64,000 bases of DNA from Camelus ferus (lineage: Eukaryota): the NCBI RefSeq assembly GCF_009834535.1, contig NC_045696.1, forward strand, positions 25,360,001-25,424,000, given 5' to 3'. The notes beneath the pieces are model-generated. The model did no database searches. It was not told the origin of the DNA and saw only the letters and a program-made list of their open reading frames with translations. Positions 37,401 to 50,717 of this stretch are shown here, piece by piece. Numbering within the stretch: position 1 is the stretch's first letter; each line of letters begins with the position of its first letter. The position numbers were made by a program, and so were the translations under genes.

Positions 37401-38039
37401 AAGTGCAAGGTTCAGTTATCACCAACAACTTGTGTGGTCTCCAGGAGATCAGTTTTCCCAAAAGCTATACTCCAATAACTTGCCCAGAGACCTCTACATC
37501 TCCTTTAAGTACAATATTCACTCCATTGCATAGGAATTTAGCCACAGGCTGCTACTTCAAGATATAAGTCAAAGACCATGATTATCAGAACCACCTGCAA
37601 GATCTGGCAAAAAATACAGACCTCCTGGACCAAAGTCTTTGTTGTATGATAGTTGTATTAGGGAGGAGACTCAAGGTTTCAGATTGATTGCAGTGTATAC
37701 CAATGTTTGAGAGCTGTGACTTTCCTCCTTTTATCCAACATAATCATTCTGAATATTAAATAACACAGAAAGCTCAGAAAATTGGGCTTTTTAAAGGCAG
37801 TCCAGAATTGGAATGGCTTTGTTTCTAATGTGCTAAATATAATATGACAATGGGATATGAAGCATAAATATTCTGTCTTTATTGAAGAATAATGGAATAC
37901 TCACATATGTGATAAGGTACAATATTCACTGGCATAGAATTAAAAATGACAACACTTGGCACTCTTCCTGGAGCTTTCGCTTTGACAGGAATGGAGGAGG
38001 TGGTGATCAACTGCTGATAATGACAAATGTTAAGAAAAA

Positions 38040-38305
38040 TATAAGTGTTAAGAGAGCAGAAGAGAAAAAGTACTTTAGGTAGAGCAATTGAGAAAAGCCT
38101 CTTTGAGGAGGTGACAATGAGCATAGATTTGAATAATGATAAGGAATGAGCCTTGAAAGTATTCCAGGCAGACTTACTTAATGCTTAAGGGCACTGATAT
38201 GAAAACAAGTTTGTTTGTTCCAGGAAGAGCAAGGTCAGTGTGGCTGAAGAGTAGAGAGTACCTGGATAGAGATGAAGTCAGAGACAAAGGCTGGGGCCAG
38301 GAAAT
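38040..38305 (-). mobile_element. L2 fragment
   Basis: gagaaaagcctctttgaggaggtgac ... attccaggcaga ... ggtcagtgtggctgaag ... gatgaagtcagaga. Confidence 0.75.
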
Positions 38306-39089
38306 GTTTATACTGTGACTTAGTGCATGATTCATCCTAGACACATACAATTTTGGAATGCAAAAAGAACTGAAATGTAGTGTAATTAAATTCCTTTATT
38401 TAGCAGATGAAGATTCTGAAGCTCAGGTATCTAAGGAATATGCACGAATTTACACTAAAATGTTGACTAAATTTGAAAGTGCTAGTAATCAGCCCATTGT
38501 TGTTCCTTCTACTTAGCAATGTCTTCCAAGCTATTTGACTTCTTTGCTCAAAAACAGCAGTTATTACTGCATCTGGGTATCTGAAATGATCATTAAGAAC
38601 TGCAGTTGTGCCAGTTGCGCAGGTTTGGAAAACGTGGATTTCTTGGCTCTAATATTTCTGTTCATCTTTTTCTATTTGCTTTTCTTCTCCTTACACTCTT
38701 TTAATGTCAAAATCAATCTTGAAAAGGAAAGAACTCACAAGGGTAGCCTATGGGAAAGGAGATTGGGGGTTGAGGAAACCACTTTCCATTGCTTTGCCAG
38801 GTGAGGCATATGGGCAAATCATATCAAGAAACTAGTCATGCCTTTTGAAAATGATTTGCTGGTGTATTTCTGTAATACATTGTAGGTTCTTGGCATTCTT
38901 TGTGTAATTATTATATCTTGTGTGTCCCCTAAGTTATTTGTGTCTCCTTCATACTGTTTGCCTTTCAAAAAATGGGTATGACTAAATAGATCCAGTGTCT
39001 GGTAATAAATATTTCTGACACTGGAAAAATTGCATAGGCCAGTAATTATATTTCTTTAGTATATATTTTTGTAATTTTAATATTGATTT

Positions 39090-39639
39090 TGTTACCAAAC
39101 AAAAATGCATGTGCCTGATGCACAGTGACGCCAAATAAACCGAATACATCGGAGTTTGGGGCAGAGAAAGGTTTATTGCAGAGCCAGGTAAGGAGGATGG
39201 GTGGGTCATGCTTGAAAAACTCAAACTCTGATAGTTTCTGGGGAAAAGGATTGTATAGTCAAAATTTGGAGTGAGGGCTGCAGGATGTGTGGCTTTCTTC
39301 TGATTGATTTGTGGTGAGATAAGAGGGTGTTGTTCCAGGAAGTCTTGTGCTGAAGTTGCCTTCCTCTACCTGGGTGGGGCCTTAGTTTCTGCAGAAAAAC
39401 ACAGATATTATTATGCATATTTCTTGAGTGGGACCCAGGACCCTGCCCTGAGGCTGCACTATTGTTTCTTGACTGTTCCTCCCTTGTCTCTGCATCCCCT
39501 CCCTTCTCTGAAGAGCAACTGTCTGAATCTTCCCTCAGGGAAGGTCAAGGAGGCTGAATGAAACCTATTTACTACAAAAGAGAAATAGGACAGAAAGAAT
39601 TTGTATCAGGAGGACCCCACGGGGTCTTGCTCTGTTGAA
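39090..39639 (-). mobile_element. ERV1-type solo LTR
   Basis: Starts tgttacc; reverse poly(A) signal tttatt near 39172; 4-bp TSD attt (39086-39089 / 39640-39643); GC-richer than flanks. Confidence 0.85.
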
Positions 39640-39925
39640 ATTTTTTTTTCATATTTCCCTAAGTATTTAAAATAAGAATCCTTATTCAGAATATTACAAG
39701 ATCACAGCATTAATTTTCCTTTTTTTCTCCCACTTAGTACAACATAAGAAAAGTAAATATTTAGCGAATTGATTGAATCAATCATTTTAATAAGCCAGTA
39801 TGTTTCACTAGACATTCATAATGAAGTATGTTTTAGAAAATTTTGCTGCTATGGGAATCTTCTCTTTGATATCTAATTTTTGGATAAGATTTTTTCCAAA
39901 CTCAATCTGTATCAATGGTTGCAAA

Positions 39926-40397
39926 TGTCGACTGAAATAAATGTGCAGCCTGCAATCTTGAGAGTTATGTTTTATTTGGCAGGAGGACTCAGCAGCTCTC
40001 AGATGGCTCTGAGGGACTGCTCTGAAGAGGTAGGGGAGGAGCTAGGAATTGTAGGAGCTTTACAACAAAGACCAGGTAGTTGAAACAATAAAAGATTATT
40101 TGTTATCTAAAGAAAAACAGGCATCTCAAGTTAAAGAATTTAGCGCTTTTCTGTGTATGGGAGGAAGCAAACATTTGGGCTCATTGAATTCATTCTTTTG
40201 ACAAGCACCTAGCTATCTAAGGCCAGTATCCTGTCCTTTCTTATTTTGAGTCCCCTCAGGGTGCACCACTGTGAGTGGCTGCAGAGGCTGGGCTGCAGGC
40301 TTGTCTTCACTGGGGGTGGTGGATGGCAGTGGCTGATAACTTGATGGTTTCAGCATTCTTTGTTTACTGATGTGGCTTGCAGAATTTTTTGTTCACA
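39926..40397 (-). mobile_element. ERV1-type solo LTR (MER41-like, lineage-specific)
   Basis: tgtcgactgaaa ... gttcaca termini (TG..CA); reverse poly(A) signal ttttattt near 39970; TSD caaa/cata. Confidence 0.85.
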
Positions 40398-40463
40398 CAT
40401 AGATGAGAATAGGGACTTTCTGTGCTGCTTGTAGTAACAAGTATAGATAGCTAATTCTCATTA

Positions 40464-40493
40464 TTTATATATATATATACACATATGTGTATA

Positions 40494-40527
<34 letters not shown>

Positions 40528-40529
40528 TT
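40464..40529. repeat. (TA)n microsatellite followed by poly(T)
   Basis: Direct observation. Confidence 0.95.
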
Positions 40530-40589
40530 CCTTAAGATGGTTCACAAAGAAGTGACTTGAAGAGGGGTAGATGCATTGTTTGCAGTAGG

Positions 40590-40955
40590 ATTTTGCATTA
40601 GCTATTCCTTCCTCCTGGACCATTTTTCCTTCTCTGGTATTTATTAACATGGTCAACTCTTTCTTGATTTTAGGTCTAAGTTTTCATCTAGAGAGAACTT
40701 CCCTGTTACCCAATGTAAAGTAGCTTTCCAGTCACTCTTTGACAACACCCTGCCTTGCTTCTCTGAATAGCAATCAGTTCTACCTAAACCTTTTTTTTTT
40801 TTTAACTTACATATCTTTAGGTGTTTCTTTCTTTTTAAAATGCATTGTTTTGCTCAGCAAGAATGGGAATGTTCCTGTTATGTTTGTCATTATGTATCCC
40901 CCAATGCCCAGTAAGTGTCTGATATATGATGAGTCAATATAGTGTGTTTAATTAA
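40590..40955 (+). mobile_element. L2 fragment
   Basis: ttttgcattagctattccttcc ... tgtatcccccaatgcccagtaagtgtctgatat. Confidence 0.6.
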
Positions 40956-42894
40956 ATCAAATAGTAAAGATGGTATGAAGATAGAAGAAAATGCAGTGTA
41001 AATATAGCTGATGGACCCATCTTACCACTATTGCAAGTCCTTCGAATTACAGACAAGGAGGGCAAGAGGAAATGTGTTAAAAGTGTCAGAATGAGGAAAA
41101 TCAGGTTCTTATGGCATTATTCAGAGAATTGATGGGAAATTAATGTACCAAAGTTATAATCTTTGTCCTTACAAATTGTTTTATTATTATTTTATTGCTT
41201 ATGTGTGTGTATATATTGATATATGTGTATGTATATATATATTACTTCATTGCTTATGTATGTGTGTGTGTGTGTATATACATATGTATGTGTTGCATTT
41301 TCCAAGTGTTCTAAAATAGAAAATTTGTTACATTTTATAATCAGCAGAGACTGTTTTTAAAAAGAAACCAGGATGTAGAATGAATAAAGTGATGGGGCAG
41401 GCATTTAGTCCTACAGTTGAAGGTGTCACAGAAGAGATACAATAACCATACCACTGAAACTCTATCTTAGTCCATGTTTGATGCAGAACACCAAACTCAA
41501 TGCAATCAACATTTTGCTTAATTCAAACATTGATATCAATCTCTCTTGATAAGTTTCCTACTGGTAATAGTTGGAAGGAATTGAGAAATGTGGGCTCAGC
41601 TGGCATGGATAACGACACGAAGGCAGTTTTATTTCTTTGCCATTAAATTCATGGACAGAATTTTATTTTATCTGCCCTCACCAGTTGCCTGTGTTTGCTC
41701 CAAATACAGATAGCTTCCAAAAGATTCAACTTACTTCAAGCCTGTGAAACATCCTGTGGTTTTTTGTCCAAGGGTAGTGAATAGATTCTTAATCACTTTA
41801 ATTTAGCTTAGAATTAACCTTGCAAAAATATTTTCTTTAACAAAGCTTCAAACAGAAGGCAGTTAATCAAATTTATTTATTTCAGTAAGAGAAAAAATTC
41901 AAAATGTAACTGAAAAATAAGTTCCTGCATACATCAGGATGCAAATTTATTTGGCAAATATATTTCAGATACAAGTTTACTATTGCTTAATCAGAGGAAA
42001 GGCAATGATAAAACAGCATAAAAGTGAGGGACAGTTGACAAACTTAGAGAAAATGAGATCAAAGAGATATTAATAATCTGTTCTTTCTTCATCTTTATGC
42101 AAATTAGGTGGTTACAGAATATTTTCAGCTTTATGAATGTTTGAAAATGTATAAATATTGATTATTTTGATGAAATTTTGCTAATTTGCTAAGATTTTTT
42201 TCCTCCCAAGTCACTAGCTATTCATGCAGTTTATCAGTTTTAGGTAACATTTGGGATGTTGGAAGGATTCAGCATGAATTCTAATATACTAGCCTGTAGC
42301 AAATTCTAGATTGAACACTGAGGCACTCATATATATTGAATGAGAAGAGAGTTCTATAGTCAAATGAATTTAGGAAACTAAGTTTGACACTTTTTTTTTT
42401 TAAGTTTTGCTTTAATTTTTTATTGTAGAAATTTTCAGAAACTTTCGCTATACATAAAACTAAGCATACACTGAAAAATGTGAGAGCTTCTGAAAACTTA
42501 CAGGACTTTATATCCATTTAGAGTATGAACTTATAAATACCAAGATGAATAATGACCAGATCCAACTGAAAGTTGATGTCAAATGCTGGCAATGGGTAAT
42601 TGCGGAAGCTCAATTTCCTCTTACCTTCCACGTCCTCCAGCAGAATGTATTTAGGTTTGAAATAACATCTTGGATGGAAGCCCCATAGAGATAATTTTTT
42701 TTCCTAAAAATGATTTTCTCATAACCAGCCTTTTCTTTATGAGGTAACTTATCATTCATTATATTTAATAGTAGTTTGAAGAGAGAGTTATCAAACAATT
42801 ATCTACCCATCTATCAAAACAAAGCTCTCTTACATTGTTAGGTCTCACCTGATATAAGGCTCACGTCAACGCAATATAGTTTAATGAGGAGCAA

Positions 42895-43025
42895 TAGATG
42901 TGGTGGTTTAGAGCGTGGTTCCTGGGATAAACAGCCTTGAATTTCAAACTAAGGTGCATCGCTTACTCAGTAAGCCATGATCTTTGAACTTCAGTGTTCT
43001 CATTAGTAAAAGGGGATACTAATAG
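42895..43025 (+). mobile_element. MIR SINE fragment
   Basis: gtggtggtttagagcgtgg ... cttcagtgttctcattagtaaaaggggatactaatag. Confidence 0.7.
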
Positions 43026-46000
43026 GACTAGAGCGAAACAAAGCAAAAAACCAAAAGAAAAGAAACAATAAAAAAACTTTGCAAGATGCTGGGATAAAAA
43101 CATGCCTGAAATAAATGAAATAAGCAGTTTTTTTTTTTAATTCTCGGATTTCAGTGAGGACATATGATAGAGGACAGATATATTTATAGCAAAAGTGCTT
43201 CTCCCCCAAACATGTGCTCACTGCAGTCCATTTTTAAAATACTCGTTTTAAATCAATTTCTGAGAGAAATCTGTTGCTTTGTTTACTCAAAGTGAAAAAG
43301 ACTGGACAAAAGACAAAGTTTGTGTTTTCACGTACATGTTTTGTCACTATTTAGACAAAAATCTTTATCTCAGTGTATTTTTTCTTGGGCTGCTCTGTTT
43401 TTACTAGAAATTTATTGGCAAAAGCAAATTCTCCAGCAGTTCTCTACTTTCTTCTCCCTGAAAGTCAACCAAGCCCTAAGGGTTTAGAACCTTATGAGCA
43501 TCATTGTTCTTTGTGATTAGATGATTTATTGTGCTGCTTCTCAGATCTTTGCACTAATCTGTGCTATACACGAGACATAGCACACAGCAGGGCAGTGTGA
43601 GTCATGTCTATCCTAAAGGATCAAGAAGAAACAATGAGGATTATGAATATTAAATTACTAAATGGTGAAGATTATGACTATGAAAACTTTCATGACCTCA
43701 TCAATAAAATGGATGAAAACAAATATTTAGAGTATTGAAATGGATCTACTTCATAGTGAAAAAAGAATGTGTGTGTTTGTATTTATGTAGACATTGCAGT
43801 TTCACACAGCTCATCCACATGGTAAAGTGAGGGCCCAAGTAGGAAAGTAGCATCCGTGTAGCACCCACCCGCCCAACAACCCCACTTCATAGATGGTCCC
43901 AACAGCTGATAGCCTCCACCGTAAATTATGGATTCTTTTCAGTTCTGGAAATCGTCATTTGTCTTTCAAAGGATATTATTATGAAAGTCTCATTCCTAGC
44001 CTAATATATATGAGTGTCCAATTACATTAAAGACGTGAAAATGGTTTCAATTTTTGGAGAGAAGGTTTTACTTACCTCCAAGATTATGGTAAGCCACCAA
44101 AGAAGCTATAGCAAAGGTAGAGTCTTCCTCTTAGGTCTTAAAAAAGTGAGTTTTTAAGTTTCCTATTAATTAGTTTAATATAGAATTAAAGAGTCAGGGG
44201 TAAACTCTAATTATTCTAATTTTATTGATTTTACCAAGTATCTACTTATCAAATATTTGATTTAACCAATAATATGATTCTTAGACATGGTATTTTATTT
44301 GAATCACACATAATTTTTCTTTATTTTTCTTTTTTTGTTAAGTTGTTTGGTTTGTTTTTGTTTTTTTTAATTTGGGAATATAATTGTGTTGAAGGAAGTC
44401 AATTCATGGTTTAAGCTGTTGAGCTATAGAAATACTGTCCATAGTGAATGAAATATTTAGTTAGACCCACCTAGATGAATCTATTTTTAAGTGGAAATCA
44501 AGACAAATGATGAAAACAAAACGGAATTCAATACAGTTTACATGCTGAGCTCAGTTAAAATCTATTAGCTGTACATTTTGAACTTATTTTTTTAATTGTA
44601 GAAATTCTAATACTATGCTGATACCACTCATACCAATTTCATCAGCATCTTGGCAGTTTGCCCAAAAGTTTGGACCTTTTCTTCTTCATGTCTTGTTTTA
44701 ATCTTCACTTAATTTAAAATAAAATTTTCATCACCTGATCTGCTAAAGTAGCTTAAAACAAATTATCCTCATGCCATTCAGGAGAGTGATTTCCCCTGAA
44801 ACCCTCTTCTTTGATTTGTGTTTTCCATTTAATACTGAATTGAAACTTTGCCCCAATGTTCATAGCTACGTTATTTTATAGTCCAGTTCTACTCTCACAT
44901 TCGTTGTTGATACATGTTTACACTACCCTGGCCACTTCATACACTTCCTTTGTATTGAAAACCAATATAGCAACTACTAAGGTTTCCCTAGGCTGAATCA
45001 TTATTACACCAACAAAACAAAAATTATACCTATCCATGACAAAGCCAGATCTTATGGGAAGATTTCCTCTTTTTACCTAACGAATAATAAGTACTGTAGA
45101 ATTAAACTGTTATTTCTGTTTAAGATTGATCTGAATTTATTTTCGTGAGCGACATCATAGATTTATTCTCTAGAAAAATGGTAACTCTGGGGTATATGAG
45201 AATATATGTGTCTCTTATGATACAAACATTATTGTCAGAATTTCATAACCACTTTCACTCGATAACAATTTGTAATTTTTGTTACTGGATGAAATGTGTG
45301 AATGTGATAGTTTAGAGAATAAAATGAATTAAGAGGTATAGAGTTTTAGCCTTATTGGGTGAAAATTTATGCTACTGGCTGAATACCTCAGAGCGAGTAT
45401 AGAAAATCCTCTGTTTAAAAGAAGACATATTGCAAATTGTCCTTTCAGTCCAGGAAATTGGGTGGTTTAACTAATAATGGTGAGATTATCATGAACGAAC
45501 AGTTCTTGGGTGCATGACATTTCATTTTACTGAGTCACTCTTTGGGATGGCAAAGTCCACTGGTTATGAACAAAATCTGCAAAATCTGACAGGCTTTAAA
45601 TCCAAGAAGAGCCAAAATTATTAACAGCTAATATGCTGAATTATAGAAATCCAAATAGTCTGAAGTTCAGTTTAACACAACAAATGTATATCAAGGTTTC
45701 TTTCATGGATAGGCATCATACCAATATGGGTAAAACATGGTTCTTACTCTCTGGAATCAAACAACCTAGCAATAGACACGTGTAAGCAAAAAATAAAAGC
45801 ATGTGTGAAGTAATAGCATATAAAATCAATAGAAATAGCCAAAATAATAAAATTCTCATAGAAAAATGTTTTTCCTTTATACAGGTTACAGAAAAGATCT
45901 CCCAGCTTTTCCTTTTCATATTGTTTTTATTTTTCTGAGTAAATGTTTAATTGTTCCTAAATTCATATCAACTAAACCTTATTGACGCCAACTCTTATTT

Positions 46001-49000
46001 TTCTGCCATATACTCAAGGCAAAATGCCTTTGATGGGGACACATTTCTTCCTACTGCATAGGTGAAGATGTTTTTGACTCTTCCTCCAACATTTAAAATC
46101 TCTTAAATTATCACAACTATAAGGGATACTTCTGATCCGTATTCGGGTCACATAAACGCTTGTGGGCAAGTGGCTTACGTCAAAACTGTTTCAGTGTGTT
46201 ATTACCCTGCCATGGCAATATTAGCAAATACTATTGTGTAGAATGTGTATTTTTCTCGGGAATAGGATGGAAGATAATGGGCTTATCAGGGCCACAGCAC
46301 TGTGCATTTCACACCCAGTAACAATAAGTCATTTTCTCTTTTCCCTTTCTCAAAGGAATATTTATCCATCCCATGAGAGTATATGCCTGAAATTGCCTTT
46401 CCTGATCTTTTTTTTTTTTTTGTCCCTATACTAATAAATGGAAATTTTGTTTCTAGCTTAAAACCTGAAACTACAAAATAAGCACTCATGGTCCCCATTT
46501 TTAAATTGTACATAACTGACTTTTATTTACTGCTAGGTTTAGGATCACTGGGGAAAGTTCCACTGGGCTGAATCTTCCAGGAGTTTCCAGACATAAAAAC
46601 TTTAAGACTGTCATGGGAAAACTTATCTTAATGGCAGAGGTTAAGCACAGAACCTTGGCACAGCAGCACTGTCTCGGGAGAGAGTATGGGTGATACTGAT
46701 GGGAGGATCCTGTCTGTCGCTTGGCTGTGTTTCTGGGCCAGGGCTTTGTGACCTCATGGCTGTTACGGGGTTAAGGGGATGATAATAGTGGAGGGAGGAT
46801 TTCATAAAAGTAAGACCTGAAAGACTCTTTTCTCTCTCTCTGCCTCTCTGTCGTGCTCCTCTGTAAGTCATTAGGGAATGAAGTAGTATGTCTTTTGTCT
46901 TCATAAGAAAAAAAGTGACCAGACTCTCCCACCTTCTTCATAGGTGGGATGCATCATGATTTCAGGGCATATTGAGGGCCCCAGTGAAATTTTGGCACGT
47001 CAAGGGCTCCCCGTATTGGTAGTTCTGAGCCATGAATGGAACCTTGAACAAAAATGGCATCCAGAGTCTTAAGGGTGAATGAAAGGTAAGAGAGATTACT
47101 TGGGAGACATGTACAACTCTCAGAAATGCCTGAAAGGCTTAAAAAAGACTATTAATCACAGTGACTTTGGATGTTTACATGCTAATGAGACCCTTCTTTA
47201 CTCTCAAATGGTGATTGGTTGGTGACAGGAACTACACAAGCAATCATTCGTCTTCTAACTTTATCTCAAATGCACTGTTTTCATTAATTACTTTATAGTC
47301 AAAACATGAGCCAGAATTTTCTACTGAGGAAAGATTTGCACATAACTGGTTTTCAGATATAAACTTTTATGTATGTGTGCACATCAGTGTAGAATTTAAA
47401 AGTGGCAGCACAACATTGCTAATTGATGAAGTTGACTAAGTTTGTTTTATTTTTTCCTTTTATAGATGCAAACGAATTTGTAGACTAAAATGCTTAGCCT
47501 GTCACTTTTATGCCATTTTCATTAGTGCTTGACCCACTTCTGAAAAAAAATAGAAATCAGGCAATAAAGAGTTACACAATTTTAATAAGTACCAACCACT
47601 GCCTGAATTTATCTTCAAGCTTCACAACTGAAATTGGAACTTTCCAGATCACTTTAAATTAAATTGATTAATAATACATCATGTTAAAATGAATTTTTCA
47701 TGGTTTGGGAGCTAATGTTCTCAATTATTTAGCAATGCAAAGTGTAGGAAACTCACACACAAACAGCATACAGGAGCTGATCCGTGAACTTTCTCTTAAA
47801 ACAAGATGATAAATGGCCTATTTTTCTATCATACCAAAGCAATATATTAATGTTGTTCTACTCTAAAAAGTTTGCTCTCCAGGAAATCAAATCAGGACAG
47901 GTACTGGAGTTACAAGATATAACAATAGTAAAAAATTTTGTAAAATTAAAAAAATTCAAACCTGAATATATATAACAGGAGAATGTGTAATTTAATGAAC
48001 CAAATAGGCATATTACTTTATGCCTTTTGAATTGTATTTCTGCAATCATCAGCCCCATCTTCCACTTTAAGGGAAATTTAAGTTGTTAGTTTCAAGTATC
48101 TTTGAAAGAATTATATGGTTCTGTGCTTTTATTTAACATTGGTCTACATTCCACTATTTTTGTGGGAAAAGAATGTTTACATTAGGAGGCATTAAAAAGT
48201 GAACAGTATGTCATTCACATTCTGTGCCTTATATTCTTTGGAATTAAAATTTACTCTAAAAAACTTAAGTAGTTAAGGTAACAAATTAGTAGTTTCTTAG
48301 TGACATCTTTGTAATGCCAGTTTTCACCAATGTTTCCAGAATCAGAGAAGCACTAGGATTGCGACCTCTCCTCTAGGCAAGCATTTTAGTGTACTGATTT
48401 ATAGAGATGATGACCACGAGGTCTTACATGCCTTAGACAAAGTGATTTGACAGGCTTCTAGATTGAGACATCTGAAGATACTGCTAATATATAATCATTA
48501 TCTGCTTCATCATTATCTCCTCCATTAACCTTCTCTCTTCCCTCTCTTTAGTTTGCTTGATGAGAGTCCCTACTTTGTGATGATGTCGAGGTTGTCAATT
48601 CCTACAAAATATCATGAGCAACAGTATAAAACCCTGCATTATATAGAGTTTATTTGTTCCAGCTTTCTTACATAATTGACAAATAAAATTGTATATATTT
48701 AAAGTGTACAACATGATGATTTAATGTATGTATACATTGTAAAACAATTACTGCAATCAAGTTAATTAACACATTCATCACCTCAGATAGTTACCTTTCC
48801 TGTGTGTATGTGTGGATGGTGGAAACACTTAATAGGTACTCTTTTAGCAAATGTCAAGTATACAATAAAGTATTATTAAATATAGAATGTACATTACATT
48901 CTGAAAACAGATTCATCTTATAACTGAAAATCTGTATCCTTTGATGAATATCTCCCCATTTTCTGCACCCCTCAACCTCTGGCAACTACTATTCTACCCT

Positions 49001-49635
49001 CCATTTCATCTCTTTACTTGATTCAAGGTATAAATTGTGCCTTAGAGTTAGTTTTTGTCTTTCTCTGTCTGACTTGTTTTGCTTATTATGATGCCTTGCA
49101 GGTTCATCCATGTTGTTGCAAGTGTAAAATTTTCTTTCTTTTTTTTCAGGCTGAATAATATTCCATTGTCTACATGTACCACATTATCTTTATCCATTCA
49201 TCTGTGGACAAACACTTAGGTTGTCTGTGTCTTGTTGTGAATAATGCCTCAATGAGCTCGGGAGTGCATATATCTCTGAGATACTGATTTCAGGTCTTTC
49301 GTATATATACCTAGATGAGGGATTGCTAAATCATATGGGTAGTTCTTTTTTTTTTTACTTTTTGAGGGACCTCCATACTGTTTTCCATAGTGACTACACC
49401 AGTTTACATTCCCACCAACAATGTATGAGGGAGATTTTTTTTTTTAGCCCCACCAACATTTGTCTTCTCATGTCATTTTGATAGTGGCCATCCTAATACA
49501 TGTGAGGTGACTTTGTGGTTTTGATTTGTTTTTTCCTGGTGATTCCTGACACTGAGAACCTTTTCATGTATCTGTTGGCCATATATGTATATCTTCCTGG
49601 AAAAAATGTCCATCAGGATCTTTGTCCATTTTTAA

Positions 49636-49666
<31 letters not shown>

Positions 49667-50556
49667 GCTATTGAGATTTTTGAAGTCCTTATATATTTTA
49701 GTAGTTAACCCCTTCTCAGATATATGGTTTGCAGATATTTTTGGCCATTCTATAAGTTGCCATTTATTTTGTTGATTGTTTCCTTTGCTATCCAGAAGTG
49801 TTTTAGTTTGATGTAGTTGCACTTGTTTATTTTTGCTTCTGTGGCCTGAGCATTTGGGATCATATTCATAAAATCATTGCCATGACCTATGTCAGGGAAT
49901 TAGGAGTTCCTTATGTATTCTTCTAGGATTTTTGTGATTTCAGGTTTTACATTTAAGTCTTTAATCCATTTCCAGTTTTGTGAGTGGTGTAATATAGGAG
50001 TCCTGTTTCATTCTTTGTGCAGATGGACATCCAATTTTCCCAATACCATTTATTAGAGAGACTAACCTTTCCTCATTGTGTGTTCTTGGCACACTTGTCA
50101 ACGATTGCTTGATAATTACAGATAAAGTGGTTGACTACATATGTGTAGATTTATTTTTGAACTCCCTATTCTGTTCCATAGGTTCATGTACCTGTGTTTA
50201 TGCCAGTACCATACTGTTTTGATTACTATAGCTTTGTAATATAGTTTGAAATCTGGGCGTGTTATGCCTCCAATTTTGTTTTTTCTGTTTCTGTGAAAAA
50301 TTCTATTAGAATTTTGATAGGAATTGCACTGAATTTGTTGGTCAATTTAAGTTGTATGAACATTTTAATAACGCTAATCATTCCAATGCAAGAATAGAGG
50401 CTATCATTCCACTGAGTCACATCTTCTTCAATTTCCTTCATCAGTGTTTTATTATTTTCAGTGTATAGGTCTTTTACCTTCCTTGGTTAAACTTATTTCT
50501 AAGTTTTTTGTTGTTGTTGTTGTTCTTTATGCTATTGTAAATGGGATTGGTTTCTT

Positions 50557-50576
50557 CTGGGGGGTGCATAATTAGG

Positions 50577-50620
<44 letters not shown>

Positions 50621-50717
50621 TTTATTTATTTATATGGAGGTACATACTGGGGGTGGAACCCAGGATCTCCAGCATGCTGAGCATGCACTCTGCCACTGAG
50701 CTGTAACCTCCCCTCGT
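50557..50717 (-). mobile_element. Vic-1-type SINE nested in L1
   Basis: Reverse A/B boxes (ccactgagct, ggaaccc); tail with taattaggttta; perfect 15-bp TSD tgggattggtttctt (50542-50556 / 50718-50732). Confidence 0.92.
50578..50632. repeat. (CTTA)n/(TTTA)n tetranucleotide microsatellite in the SINE tail
   Basis: About 10 ctta units followed by ttta units. Confidence 0.95.

Noticed and set aside
41939..42105. Two octamer ATGCAAAT motifs
   Set aside because: A few copies are expected by chance in 64 kb of AT-rich DNA; insufficient alone.
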